NCBI GenBank assembly: GCA_030390025.1
Contig: CM059432.1
Coordinates: forward strand, 66,466,001 to 66,530,000
DNA: 64,000 nt
Direction: 5' to 3'
Source: Squalus acanthias
Lineage: Eukaryota
Part shown: positions 1 to 12,104 of the stretch, one piece after another
Numbering within the stretch: the first letter of the stretch is position 1
Layout of the letters: each line of letters opens with the position of its first letter
Notes under the pieces: model-generated
Database searches by the model: none
Told to the model about the DNA's origin: nothing
The model's input: only the letters and a program-made list of their open reading frames with translations
Translations under genes and position numbers: made by a program

Positions 1-860
1 AACTCACTAAGACACTTCCAAAGGTGAGCACAGATCTGTACAATAAGGCAAAGTGTTGAGAATAAAGATTTCAATGTTTCACAACACATTAACAAAAAAT
101 TTACAAGAACATTGCATAAAACACCCAAGTGCCTACCCTTTTGTGTGTTGTTTGTTGGTATGATTGTACTAGGATGAGGGTGAGTGTGAGGGGTGACTAG
201 TGAGATGGGGTAGTGATAATGTAGATAGAGAGGGATGGAGTGGAGGTGCAAGGTAAGTTGGTGTGAGTAAGGATGTGCATGAGTAGGGTAGGGAAGGCAG
301 AGTTATGGGGATGTGATGAGAGGCACAGCAGGATGAGGTTGAGTGTGGCTTTGCAGTACGTTTCGTGATCTACTGAGATCATTGAAAGGTTTGCGCCACT
401 GCACCCAGGTACTCCTGACGACATCCCTGCTTTTGCACTCCTGTGCAATGTGCAACCAGGCTGTGTTAATCTCCTGGGGAGGTCTCTTCCGCCCTTGGAA
501 GGGAATAGAACAGCCCTGCGTGCTGTGACTTCCTCCATAAGCATATGGAGGGAGTCAAGCGAGAGCCTGGGTGCAGCTGTGCACCTTTGTGCAGTGCTTG
601 TCAGTGTTTGCAGCACCTCAATGCTACAGAACACTGACAGCACAACTGTCAAAATGAATGCGGCCATGGCCCCTTTAAGGAAAGCGGCTGATGAGCGTGT
701 CATCAAATTAAGTCATCAGACATGCTTCCTTTTAATTGGCCGGGAACCCCGCAGGGTACGGAAAATCCTTTTCACAGAGCGGCTGCACCCGGGTGCAGGA
801 CCGGAACGAGCCAATCACCTCTCCTGCCGCGATCCCGCCTCCGCTGGTGAAATCAAGGCC
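1..860 (-). mobile_element. PIF/Harbinger DNA transposon, Myb/SANT end (runs off window start)
   Basis: Terminus CTGGTGAAATCAAGGCC (to 860) resembles the TIRs at 43526 and 60996. Minus-strand exon APRLSLDSLHMLMEEVTARRAVLFP is homologous to the Myb/SANT exon 1 copies at 9042, 43256 and 60716. Confidence 0.8.
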
Positions 861-2554
861 TGCGTATTCATCAAATTCTGTTGTGTCACTCTATTTTACC
901 AATGATCCTGATGTAGTCTTGAATAGTTAATAAAACTACAGAATGTCGAGGTGGGCACATTTATGTATTTGTCCACTGAAGCCTATCAACATAAGAAGGT
1001 AGGAATACGAAAAGGCCATTTTGCCTATTAAGCTCACCTTATCATTGAGGTTCCCATTTTTGAATCCAGGCAGATCATTTTAATTTCCATACTGTCTTGA
1101 CATCAAACTCACATCCCTTTACTCCCTCCTGAGTTAAGAATTTGTCGATTTTCATTTTGAAAAATTCAATGGTGTCAGCATTTGCTGCAGTGAGTTGCAG
1201 TCTATTCAATAAAACAACATGATTAAATGCAAAAACATTACTTTTCTAGTTATTGTCACTCTTCATAGCTTGCATTCAGGTTCCCTGGTTCTCTGCAACA
1301 CAAAGAATTTCTCTACATTCAACTTTTTAATTCCCTCCATGATTTTAAAATCTTGGATAAGAGCTGATCATTCAGAACTGACAACACAGTTAATTACTTT
1401 ACTTTCCTACTTAGCTACTTCATTATCAAATAGACAACTTCCTTTTTATCTTGTGTGGGAAAATATTGGGATTGTTTTTGTGGCCAATAAATCCAAGTCA
1501 ACACAAATTTATGATTGGATAAATTAATTATTTAATAATAAAATAAAGGTTAACGTGAGAAAATGTAATACTAACCCATAATTTTAAGTGTCAATGTAAG
1601 CGTGGATGACTTTTTTTCATTACCTTTAATTATAAATTTTGGACCATATTGGATTAATTATGTCAATAAAAAGGAATACTGTAATAGTATCCTCTGGCTA
1701 AGTTTCCTGCCTGAGTATCTATTCCTATCCATAGCTTAGGACCTAGCCTCAATCATTTGAGTGTCACCAGGAGAGACTTCCACTCCATCTTATTCCTGTT
1801 CAGAAGTTGTGCCTTCCTTCTTCCCGCTCATGGAAACTTGCTGCATCCAAGTGTCTCTACATGTGTAGCTGACATTCTGTTTCCTGTTCTCTAGCTGGGG
1901 ATAGTTTTTTTTTCCAAGGCTGACACACCATCTGTGCTCAATCGCTGGTTCTTCCCCGCTCACTTTTCCAAGATTTTGAAATATAGGTACCTTACACTTC
2001 TGGAATTTCTGTGTGCTTCCTTCACCCGGTCTCTGAAACGACTTCTGGTAGCCACTGCTGTTGTCTTCTGAGCCTACTTGTACTCATGCTCACATCCCTG
2101 TTAAGCACTGTGGAGCAAAAAAAAAATGCCATTTGTTGTCCCAGGTGATCAATAAATATTAGTGAGAAAATTGCAGGCCATCTGGTTTGCACTGCAACCG
2201 TGCCCCAAAGGAAAAGAAATGCACGTCTGCCTTCTCCACTGCTGCCAGCGCACATAGGAGCACCTGAGGACCAGGAATCGGTGAACACAATCCATTATAC
2301 AGTGACAAACCTCACCCCCCACTGGACAACTAAAAAAATCAACCATAGTGGTTAAAGCCACAAGGCCACTTTCATATCCCCATTAGACTTCTAAGGATTA
2401 GTTAGATATTATTGAAGTGTGCCCAGGAATTCGGTGCCACACATAGTAGACAATCGAAAAGCAGATATTCTTCACTAGACCTCCATACTCTTGCCGATAA
2501 ACACTGGAAGACGAAGTGCAATTTTTAATAAAAAGTGCCAGCATCTTCCTCCCT

Positions 2555-2670
2555 GGCATCCATGGCTCAGTGAATAAATACACTGCAAGGCAGCACCGAC
2601 CCATACAGAAAGATTTCTGCTCTGTGCGAGTTAGCACCAGCACCCTTGGGCTAGGAAGAGTGAATTGGTT
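2555..2670 (+). mobile_element. Degenerate tRNA-derived SINE, LF-SINE-like
   Basis: A-box-like TGGCTCAGTGA, then CCATACAGA, TCTGTGCGAGTTAGC and CAGCACCCTTGGGCTAGG, which match my recollection of the LF-SINE consensus. Confidence 0.45.
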
Positions 2671-3725
2671 CTCTCTAGTATTGAAGGTTGCACAATTGGC
2701 AATGTAAAGTTCAGTACAGAATCAAAGAGTCTCATCAGAGAAAATGTAACTGACTGAATATTGATGCATAGGTATAATTTTCAGCAGTGCTGTTTATTTA
2801 CTAACTCAAGATCACTTGAATGTTTGTGTTACCCATGTGAGATGAGTTAAGGGTAAACAGATGGTTTGTGTGATTCCAGTGTGGAAAATGGTGAGAAGTG
2901 CAATATACCATAAAACATTAGCACATGAATTTTATTCAGAGGGCAAATAAAGGAAGGCAACATTTTGATGGGGAAGTATTGCATGTATTGGTAAGATCAT
3001 GATAATCAGAAAAATGTGATGCTCATTATTTAATAGTGACAAATTATCACAGAAAACAAATCACACCTACCCTAGTGTATAGTGCTCGTAGAATTTGCTG
3101 CAGTGTTTGTAGGAGTGTTTAATTACTCAGTAATGCAGTAGGTGGTGGAAGCAAATCCACTTGGGAATGATATTTGCCATGGTAATAGTGAAATTTTAAC
3201 TCAAAACAACTCAAACTCAGCTAAGAACATTGTGCGTGTGCAGTCCAAATGGATTTCGAAATATTAATAGCATTAAGCATAATTACTTTGAAAAGTGCTG
3301 CTGGAAATAAAAACAATCTCATCAGTGAGTGGATTTTAAGCTATTACAGTATAAAGAGCTAACTAAGTATGCTACATCATGAATTATTCAAATAATAGAT
3401 CAAATATGAGTAGATGAGGTCCTAAAAAACCTCTCAAACCAAAATATCTTAATTCTATTTGGTCCAGAAAGTCTGTTTCATCACACACTGTTATTTATTT
3501 GAATTTATTAGATAATTTTCATATAAATTCTGCCAGAAGTTTAGAACCAATGTCAGGATAAAGGGAGATAATGTAGGTGAGGCAAAAACTTTGGAGTCAT
3601 TTAAGAGACAAAACAGGCAGAGACATCATAACAAAGAATTCTTATAGATTTCATCATAGAGTTCTTAAATGTGAATTGTCACTAATAAATGTATCATTTT
3701 TCTTCACAAGATCACAAGAAGACTA

Positions 3726-4387
3726 GGGCCACGAAATTTGGTGTGTTAGCGCCTCCCGTCAGCACCTGCAAACTTCAGTGCTGGCTTATCGCCTGGGCCT
3801 CTAGCGCCTCACAGATTGTGACGTCATAAAGTGCGCAGCGCCCCATTATCGCCGCGGATGTAAAATTGACTCTCGCCCCCTGCTTTATCGCCTCACGCCG
3901 ACAACGCCAGCAAGAGGAAGCGTTGTGAACTCAGCTGGCCATTTCGGGAGTGGTAATTAAAGGGAATGCTTTTCAGCTCGCGCAACCTTTATTATTTGCA
4001 CCAGTCTGGTGCCTGCGCAAAGTTTTTAATGTTTCATTGATGCGAGATGTCCAAGCCGACCACTTTGTGAGAGTGTTTGGGGCTGTAATGGCAGTCGTCC
4101 AGGTCGCCTTGCAAAACAGAACTGATGACAACTAGCTTGTGCAGCATCATTGGCCCTTCCCTTTAAGTGAGGGAAGCAGCCTCTGATGCTGTTTACAATG
4201 CGCTCAAAATTGTTTAGCGCTCTGCCGCTACCACCCCGCTCTCGGACTTTAGCGCCCCAAGAGAAGTGGTTAGCGTTGGATTTAGTGTGCAACTTCGCGG
4301 GAGGCGAGAATGATTAGTGCCTGGCGCTAATCTTTCAACTTTTAAAGCATTAACGCCCCAAACGGAGCTATACCGAATTACTCCCCC
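3726..4387. mobile_element. Non-autonomous Harbinger (MITE-like), AGCGCC-rich family
   Basis: Imperfect TIRs GGGCCACGAAATTTGGT / ACCGAATTACTCCCCC. CpG-rich with many TAGCGCC/GGCGCTA motifs, like the MITE at 30071. No clean TSD. Confidence 0.65.
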
Positions 4388-4394
4388 ATCTAGA

Positions 4395-6450
4395 GGGCTA
4401 GAAATTCGGTATAGCCCAGGAATGGGCGGTGTCAGTAGAAAAGTTGGAGAATTAGCGCCAGGCGCAAAAGCTTTAGACTGCACGAAAAATTTGTGCTCAC
4501 TGCTCAATAAAATGATTGGAATCCTAAATCAAGTCTTAAAACCCAAGCTCATTGGCATTACACTTGAAGGGTGGACCAATATCGGGTGCTCTCTAATTGC
4601 AACTTATCATTGCCGCAGGCCTTTTGCACAACTTAAAGGGGAGGTTCATTGATGCTGCAGCACCTCATTCTCAGCATTGCTGGCTGTGCAGCTGCCTCAG
4701 CAAGTAGCAGCACATTAAGGAGAAGGAGCCGGAGGACTGAACCAGATTGCTCATGGCAGGTCCACGTCCCAGGGAGAGAGCCCGCAGATTCTCTGATGAA
4801 GCATTGGAGGCATTGTTTTTTGCTGTGGAGAGATGGAGTGTGGTGCACTACCCGGCAAGTGAGAGGAGGCCCTCGCCACAAGTCTTCCACACCATGTGAA
4901 AGGAGGAAGCGCAGCATGTCTCGGGCAGCACTGTGGTCCCCAGGACCCACACACAGTGCTGGAAGAAATTTAACGACCTCACTCGGGTGGTCAGGGTGAG
5001 TGAATGCTTCAACAAATGCTACATATCACCATCTGTACCACAATCTTCAAACACTGCCCAAAGCACCACACCCCCAGCACTCACCCACCAACAATCACTA
5101 ACTACCAACATTCACACCCACATCTCACACCTTGCACACAATGATAGTTATTTAACAATGGCAGGCACATCACCCAAACACATTGCTCCACACTCACTCA
5201 CACACTTTCATTTCTCTTGCAGGCTAAGATGACGCACAACAGGAGGGAGTAGGAGTGCACAGGCGGGGGACAAGCTGACACTAAACCACTGTCTGCGCTG
5301 GAGAATCAAGTGCTGCAAATTCATTGGGTGCCAGGTGGTGGGCACTGTGGCCACCGGCGACATTGACACCCTTGGGGAGAACAACGGTATGTTCATCACT
5401 ACTCCTTCTTCTCACATCCCACTTCCCCCTCACCCCACAAGCATTTCGCAGTTTCCAGCTAATCATGCTGTATGCATGCCTTTCTCCATTCCTGCCCCCT
5501 CCCCTCACCTTATGCCTTTATGCTTTCAGATAATCAGCAAGCACCTGAGCAGCCTGCCCCTGAAGGCACCGCAGAGAGTGAGGCGGGAGAAGAGGAGGAG
5601 GAAGGACTCATCGCGTCACTGCATCTCTCACCCGCAGACACCAGCTCAGATACTGGCACTACGCATTCTTTAGAGGCTAGCATAGTAGCAGGATCTGCAC
5701 AGGGTGAGGCACTGGGGACGAGTGGGCTGCAGCAAGGCCAGGGTAGGTCGGGGGCCAGCTCCCTGGAGGGCGAGTTCGCGCGCGAGTTCTGCTGCACATG
5801 ACTCAGATGAGGGCCTCGAAGGGGAGGTGTTTAGAAGAAGGGTGATGCACATGGAGATGACAGATGCAATGGCAAGGGTGCCCGAGAGCCTCTCGGCAAT
5901 GGTAAGGAGCATGGAGGAGTCCACTTCCAACATTGAACAAGGCTCTGTGCACACCATGGAGCCCATCATTTCCAGTCTGCAAAGGATAGTAGACTCCCAG
6001 AGAGACCATGGCGTCCCAGACCTGATGTCACATATGATGGGCGATCCAGCAGCTTCCATTGCAGCACAGGCGGAAGCAACGCATCGTCTTAGTGCTGTAA
6101 TGGAGTCTATGCTTGCGGGCATCCAATCTCAGACTGCTCTCATGCAGTCTCAGCTCGATGCCACGCAAGCTCTGACTGCTGCCATCGTGGCTGGGTCTAC
6201 CACCATCGATCGGGGTTTTCACATGTTGCAGCAGGCCAGCAATCTGTGCTCCCGGGGGAGTGGCAGTCGGTTAGTGGAGCAAGAACCTGCTGTCCTCGCT
6301 CAGGATGACAGCATTCCTGCTCCCACCACTGCCACTCCACCTTTGCCCTTCTCACTGCCTGTCATCTAGCCAACCCAGACTACTGCTGCTCATGCTGAGG
6401 TGGTGCAGTCTACAGCCAGGCCTTCCAGGTCCAGAGGTGGTTGAGGACAA
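4395..6450 (+). mobile_element. Harbinger element, Myb/SANT half (3' truncated)
   Basis: Starts GGGCTAGAAATTCGGTAT, homologous to the end at 52354, and contains the spliced Myb/SANT gene. Confidence 0.8.
4760..6450 (+). pseudogene. Harbinger Myb/SANT-like DNA-binding protein, 3 exons, decayed
   Basis: RRFSDEALEAL...RTHTQCWKKFNDLTRVVR, GT-AG introns 4996-5222 and 5387-5529, then an acidic linker and a Met-rich heptad region (ORF 5704-6369). Confidence 0.8.
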
Positions 6451-6468
6451 GGACTAATCATTGAAGAT

Positions 6469-6888
6469 GTGGATGATGACACCCTTGTGGAGGCCAATGA
6501 GGCCAAGGAGCACTGTAATGAAAGCCACATGATGACCAGAAGTGTCATAGAGCAAGCAATCGGCATGCTGAAGATGCGCTTCAGATGTCTTGACAGATCT
6601 GGAGGAGCCCTTCAGTACGCACCAGCCAGGGTCTCCAGAATTATCATTGTATGCTGAGCGCTGCACAACATAGCGCAGCAGCGAGGATTGGAGCTGCAGG
6701 AGGAGCAAGGTGCAGAGCACAGAGCCTCTTTGGAGGAGGAGGAGGAGGAGGAGGAGGAGGAGGAGAAGCAGGTGGAACACGAGGAGGAGGAGGAGGAGGA
6801 GGAACCTGAGGTAGAGAGGGCACCAGCAGTGGTGCACATTGCTGCCCGAGAGGCCTGGGATGGCCTCATAATGGCCCGATTTAGTTAA
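6469..6888 (+). pseudogene. Harbinger DDE transposase (HARBI1-like), C-terminal fragment with poly-Glu tail
   Basis: NESHMMTRSVIEQAIGMLKMRFRCLDRSGGALQY...LHN carries the catalytic Glu region. One in-frame stop; (GAG)n at 6733-6802. Confidence 0.9.
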
Positions 6889-7189
6889 GTTGCACCAGTG
6901 CACCCATCTGGCTCCCAGATGGTGTACCAACTGCGCCACCCTACCCCCACCCCCTCGCCACCAACACCACAAAGCAGTCCTAAAATGACCAAACCATTCC
7001 TGTCTCACACACACAACCATTGCCCGAGGTTAAGTAATGTCTCACCATTCACTCGAACTGACAAGGCCACTTCCCAGGTAGCAGGCAAAAATGGACAAGA
7101 CGGGAAAGTGGTGCAAAGAAATAAATTTATGTGGCTCATAAATAGAACTGAAACTTAACACTAACATTTTGGCAAACACCCTTGTGCAT

Positions 7190-9042
7190 CTACGATTGTG
7201 TCATTTTTCTTTTCCACTTGCTTCTACAAGGTGCAACCCCTGTGGATTCAGCAAAGGTAGAGGTAGGCTGCTCACTTCCCTGCTCTGACTGCTTAGACAC
7301 TTTTGGTGGTCGTCCTCTGGGTTTTGGAGCCTGTGAGGGCCCTGCCAAAGACTGCTCCTCCTGCAACTGTGCAGGGGCAGACTCGGCCATCGGGATCCGA
7401 GGCAGCATGTGGGGCTCTGACTGAGGGGGAGGCAATGGGGGAGAACAGGGAGCGCTTTGAGCAGAGCCCTCACTTCCTCTCACCATTATCCCTCTCATGG
7501 GCCAGCCATACTTCTCTGCTAGCAAGGATCTAGCACCTTGCTGCACACCAATGGGATGACGAACGTTCAATTCTACATTGGTATCCCTCCTAGAGATGAC
7601 TGCAATCAGAGTCTGCAAGCTGTTGTTCACAGCAAGCATACACTCCTTTGACTGGCGCATTAGCTGCTCCATGCAGGTGGCCATCCTTTCCATGGAGCAG
7701 CACATCGTCGCCATAGCCTGCAACATGGTGCTGCTCATGTTAGAGATGGACTCCTCCATTCTCTGTACAATTGTGCACATCGCAGCTGGAAAAGCTGCCA
7801 GAGCCTCGCGCATTTGCTGCTTCTCCTCCAGGATCAATCGCCTAGTTGACGGCCCCTGAGGTTTAGCATCTGCATCCATCTGAGCAGAGCTTGGAGTGTC
7901 CTATGCCCTCCGGCAAGGACTCTCCACTGCTGTCCCTGTCTCTACCATTTGCTCTTGCTCACTTGTGATGTGTGAGACACCAGGTGACAACACTACTCTA
8001 TGTCTCACAGGACCCACTGACATGCACGTATCTGCACTGGTGCTGGGTGCGCCTGGGTCTGGTGATGCTGCACCCTCAGAGACTGGAGCTTCCTCTGAGG
8101 AGTTGTCTTCCTCCTCTGGCTAGACAGTGGTGGGGGAGTTTGATGGACATATGGAAGAGTAAAGACATGAATTAGAACTCTTATGATAACAATGTTTCAA
8201 GTTACCATTATGCACATCATGATATTTCACTGGCTGCTGACATCAAGTCACCATGAGTGACGGTTGTATGCCATGTGGCTGTATGATATTTAATTCTGTC
8301 ACCAGGTTGCTGGGAGGTTCCCCTCTCTCCATCTCCCACCGCCAGCAGCTCTGCCACTCCGCTTAATTCCAGCACCACCTCCTCTGCTGGCAACAATGTA
8401 GTCTAAATTGGAGGGCCACCTCCGGTTCTCTGTCTCTCCCTGTTGTTCTGCGCTCTCTTCTCCTGCAAGCAGGTAAAGAAGAAAACTTTGAGTGAGAGTG
8501 CTGGATTGAGTGTAAGGGATGGATGGGTTATATCTGTAGAGGGTGACTATGAGGGAGAGGCGTGACATTGCCAAATGGCCTCCTTCTGTGGCGTTACTTT
8601 CTATGATTGCATTAGGCTGAGGGTGAGTGTCAGTGGTGGTTAGTCAGATGGGGATGTGAGTAGGTGCATAGACAGTGAGGGATGGGCGCACCTGCAAGGT
8701 AGGTTGGTGTGAGGAGTGGGAGTAGGCTTGGGAAGGCAGAGTGATGAGGTTGAGGTGACACACACATCAGGATGTATTTGAATGTGGCATTGTACTGACC
8801 TTTCCTGCCCTCGTGAGGTTATTAAATCTCTTCCTACACTGCATCCAGGAGCGGCTCACAACACCCCTGCTGCTCACTTCATGGGCGATCTCCAGCCATG
8901 CCCTCTTTGTTTCACTGGCTGGCCTCTTCCTGCCGTCACCAGGGAAGAGGATCTCCTTCTGTGCTCTCACTTCCTGGAGCAGGATGTTCAGGGAGGAATC
9001 AGAAAACCTGGGCGCAGCCTTCTGGCGCTGAGACTGCATCAT
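7190..9042 (-). pseudogene. Harbinger Myb/SANT-like gene, 3 exons (approx. 9042-8800, 8462-8303, 8148-7190)
   Basis: APRFSDSSLNILLQEV...WLEIAHEVSSRGVVSRSWMQCRKRFNNL. Donor and acceptor sites are visible; exon 3 has a heptad region and PRGRPPK. Confidence 0.88.
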
Positions 9043-9624
9043 TGGCTATAAATGCTTGCATCCTCAGGGTCAAAGTATTGGATGTAACAGCGACAGGCAC
9101 CTCTCACATCCACCTCAGACCCTCCTACAATAACCTTCATCTCTGATGTGTGCAAGACTCCTTTAAATAGGCGAGCTGAAGGCAAGTCATCTGTGACTTC
9201 ATCAAACCTGCTCCAGTTAATTGGCCAGGAAACCCGCATGACTCAGTCACTTGACCTCGTTAAGTTAAACGCACAGTGGAGAGTGCGCTGATGGAAAGTT
9301 CAGTGACGGCGACCCGCTACGTGCCGCCCCCCCCCCCCACCGACTCCCTCCCCCCGACTCCACACCCCACCCCCCCCCCCGCCCCCAAACCCACTCACAG
9401 GTAAAAATTCAGCCCCATATTACAATATTTTATCCCAGTATGAATACTCACAGTCGTAAGAAATGACCAGGCTGTACATTACTTTTGTTTAGAATTTTAA
9501 AGTGTAAATTGTTTCAATGCAATTGCATCTCTGTGTTACTGGGAATGAACAGATTCGTCAAATATGAAAAGCTCTGTTTATGCAACATTCATTGTTGAAA
9601 TGATACAATCCAGACCACAAACTA

Positions 9625-9910
9625 TATTAACATCAACATCCTGGGAGTCACCATTGACCAGAAACTCAACTGAACCAGCCACATAAATGCTTTGGCTAAT
9701 AGAGCAGGTCAGAGGCTGGGGATTCTGTGGCGAGTGGCTCGCCTCCTGACTCCCCAAAGACTCTCCACCACCTACAAGGCACAGTTAGAAGTGTGTTGGA
9801 ATACTCTCCACATGCCTGGATGAGTAGAGCTGCAACAACATGCAGGAAGCTCAACACCATCCCAGACAAAGCAGTCAGCTTGATCGGCACTTCATCTACT
9901 AGCTTAAATA
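9625..9910 (+). mobile_element. Old CR1-clade LINE fragment (RT C-terminus)
   Basis: Frameshifted translation ILGVTIDQKLNxTSHIN...YKAQ.RSVLEYSPHAWM...KLNTIPDKA. A related minus-strand piece lies at about 62600-62855. Confidence 0.7.
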
Positions 9911-10174
9911 ACCGCCCCAGAGGCGACACAACTTTGTGACAAGCTCCCTAGAGAAGTACAGCCTTCTTATGCACTGCTCCTCAGAGAAATGCAGGTATGT
10001 TGTCCTGGGCCTGTGCACGATTCCTGCGAGCACACCTCCTTCTATTTGTTATCCTTGAAGCTGCAGCACTGTTTGTCCTTCCTCCTGTTACTCCTCCTCT
10101 TCCTTTTCCTCTGGCCAGAGTAGAATTGAGAGGTCGCACAACACCAGGTTATAGTCCAACAGTTTTATTTGAAA

Positions 10175-10216
10175 TCACAAGCTTTCGGAGCTATCGATTG
10201 CCCCTTCCTCAGGTGA
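10175..10216 (-). ncRNA. Minimal type I hammerhead ribozyme motif (Penelope-type)
   Basis: Minus strand reads TCAC-CTGAGGA-A-GGGGC(aatcgata)GCTCC-GAAAGCTT-GTGA: intact core, stems I and II, and palindromic AGCT in place of stem III. Confidence 0.8.
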
Positions 10217-11859
10217 ATTGGCAGAAGGATTCCCATGAAGAAAAAAGCACATTGCCAGATGCCCCTTAAGAGTTCAGAAGATTGTACTAGCACTTTAAAA
10301 TCATCTAACACAATGTAATAGCAGCAAAAGTGTACAATTATTGTATATCACTGAAAGAAATAGAGTGAAATTATCTTTTTTTAAATATAATTCTTCTCTA
10401 ATCCTTGACCTTCAGCAGTCAAACTGTTGCCATGGAAACTAATTAGGCTTTCAACAAAAATGTTGCCAGGGTGAGAAAAGAGTTAGTAAAATATAATGAG
10501 TGGATATAGGTTTACATAATATAAGTTATTTCCAATTCACACAGTTAGATAAAGATTAATGTTATTTTTCATTTGTTACTGCTGCACTCTTAGTCTGGAT
10601 ATCAGGATGGAATCAACATCCCACAAAGCATAAAATAGAAGCAGTCATTTTCTTGCTAGGATGAGAAATATTAATTTAAAAATAAAAATAGCCACTGAGA
10701 TCATTTTGATTACTTGCCCTACTGGTGACACTCAAGTGTCTTTTATTTTGCTTTATTTTTCTACTTTGTGACTATTCATAAGTGCAGTATTTTGCCTAAC
10801 GATGATCGTTGCATATGTCCCACCAATATTAAAACAATACATGTGGTAAAAATAGAAAATGCTGGGAAAGCAGGGTGCTCACCTGAAATAACATAAATGT
10901 ATTTTCTCTTTAAAGATTCTGAGTGACCTGCTCTGTATTTGCAGCATTTTCTATTTTTTTTGCAGGTTACCAGCATTTGCAGGTTTTCCATTTCTTACAT
11001 TTCAATGCATGTGGTGCCTCTGATGCTGCATTACATACTGCCTTTGCACCTTCTTTAAGACTGAACTGCAAATTAACCGTGCCATAGCAACTGCATCGAA
11101 GGGGGAAGAAGGAAAGAATATTACCCAAACTCTGTGTTGTGGCAAATGCCATGAAATGCAAAACACAAAATTTGACCAGTTATCAAAAAGTAGTAAATTC
11201 AAATGCATTTTTAACAAACTTAGAAGCAAAACGCTCAGTCCAACTCTGGCATAGTACCAAAATTATGTGTTACAACTGTAGTAACTACAATATCCGTTTC
11301 GTCTTTTGACCTCCCGATGCAGAGCTTTGTGCACCAGAAGCGCATAGTGGGAATTTAAGTACCTGCTCAATTCATGGGTCCATGTTTTTCTGTCCATTAA
11401 TAGATAGAAACTTGTGAACCCACAAATTAGTTGTATGCCCGAATTCCTAATACATGGGTCTCGTGTGCAAAGCTCTGTGCAATGATCTGCACTGGAAGCA
11501 CTAAAGAAGAAAATTTTACCCTATCATCTCACAAAGTGTAAGATCTATTAAACTCTCAATTTGTTGTTTACTTCAAAGGAACGGCTATATTATGAGCAAT
11601 GTCCCATGGCACATATTACAGCTCTAGTTTCTAATCTTTAGTTCTGGTAGAACATCTGAACTCTGTGGGAGAACAGGAAATCACATGGTCTGCATACAGC
11701 ATCATATCTTGAAGGTCTATGAATGAGACAAACCTGACTGTTTCATCCAAAAGTTATGTAACTTATCAGCCTCTGTGAGAAACTTATAAATAAAAAGCCT
11801 GGATGAGATGTGAAAGTGATCTTCAACAATCCCCTGTTCTGTCTGCAAATGCAAACCCA

Positions 11860-12100
11860 GGCTCTGTCACTTTCAACTGCAATTCCTCATTCCACTGCCA
11901 TTCTGACCTCTTCATCTTTGACCTTATACGTTATGCCAATGAAGCTTAACACAAGCTTGAGGAACAGTACCCTGTCTTTTTATTAGACAATTTGCAGCCC
12001 TCTGACATTAATATTGACTTTAATAAAGAAAGACTTACATTTACATAATGCCTTTTGCGACCGCAGGGCATCCCAAAGCGCTTTATAGCAAATTGGCGTG
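11860..12100. mobile_element. Degenerate Penelope 3' coding end (+) abutting a DeuSINE/AmnSINE-like tail (-)
   Basis: AAGCTTGAGGAACAG...GCAGCCCTCTGACATTAATATTGACTTTAATAA matches 56047-56125. It is followed by AAAGAAAGACTTACATTTACATAATGCC...CCCAAAGCGCTTTATAGC; similar tails lie at about 14688-14800 and 53451-53600. Confidence 0.6.
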
Positions 12101-12104
12101 GTTG

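Larger units (their letters stand above)
6455..9416. mobile_element. Harbinger element, right part (transposase C-terminus +, Myb/SANT gene -)
   Basis: Ends GGTAAAAATTCAGCCCC at 9416. Gene layout matches the complete element 35043-43526. Confidence 0.85.

Noticed and set aside
2022..2643. Minus-strand RNase H-like words (IVFTDSW, WHRIPGH) or a host exon
   Set aside because: The motifs are in the wrong order, part of the ORF overlaps a SINE, and I see no convincing splice structure.
6454..7020. Poly-Leu and poly-Ser ORFs as membrane or low-complexity proteins
   Set aside because: They are antisense shadows of the (GAG)n poly-Glu transposase tail; most short ORFs in the track are similar shadows.
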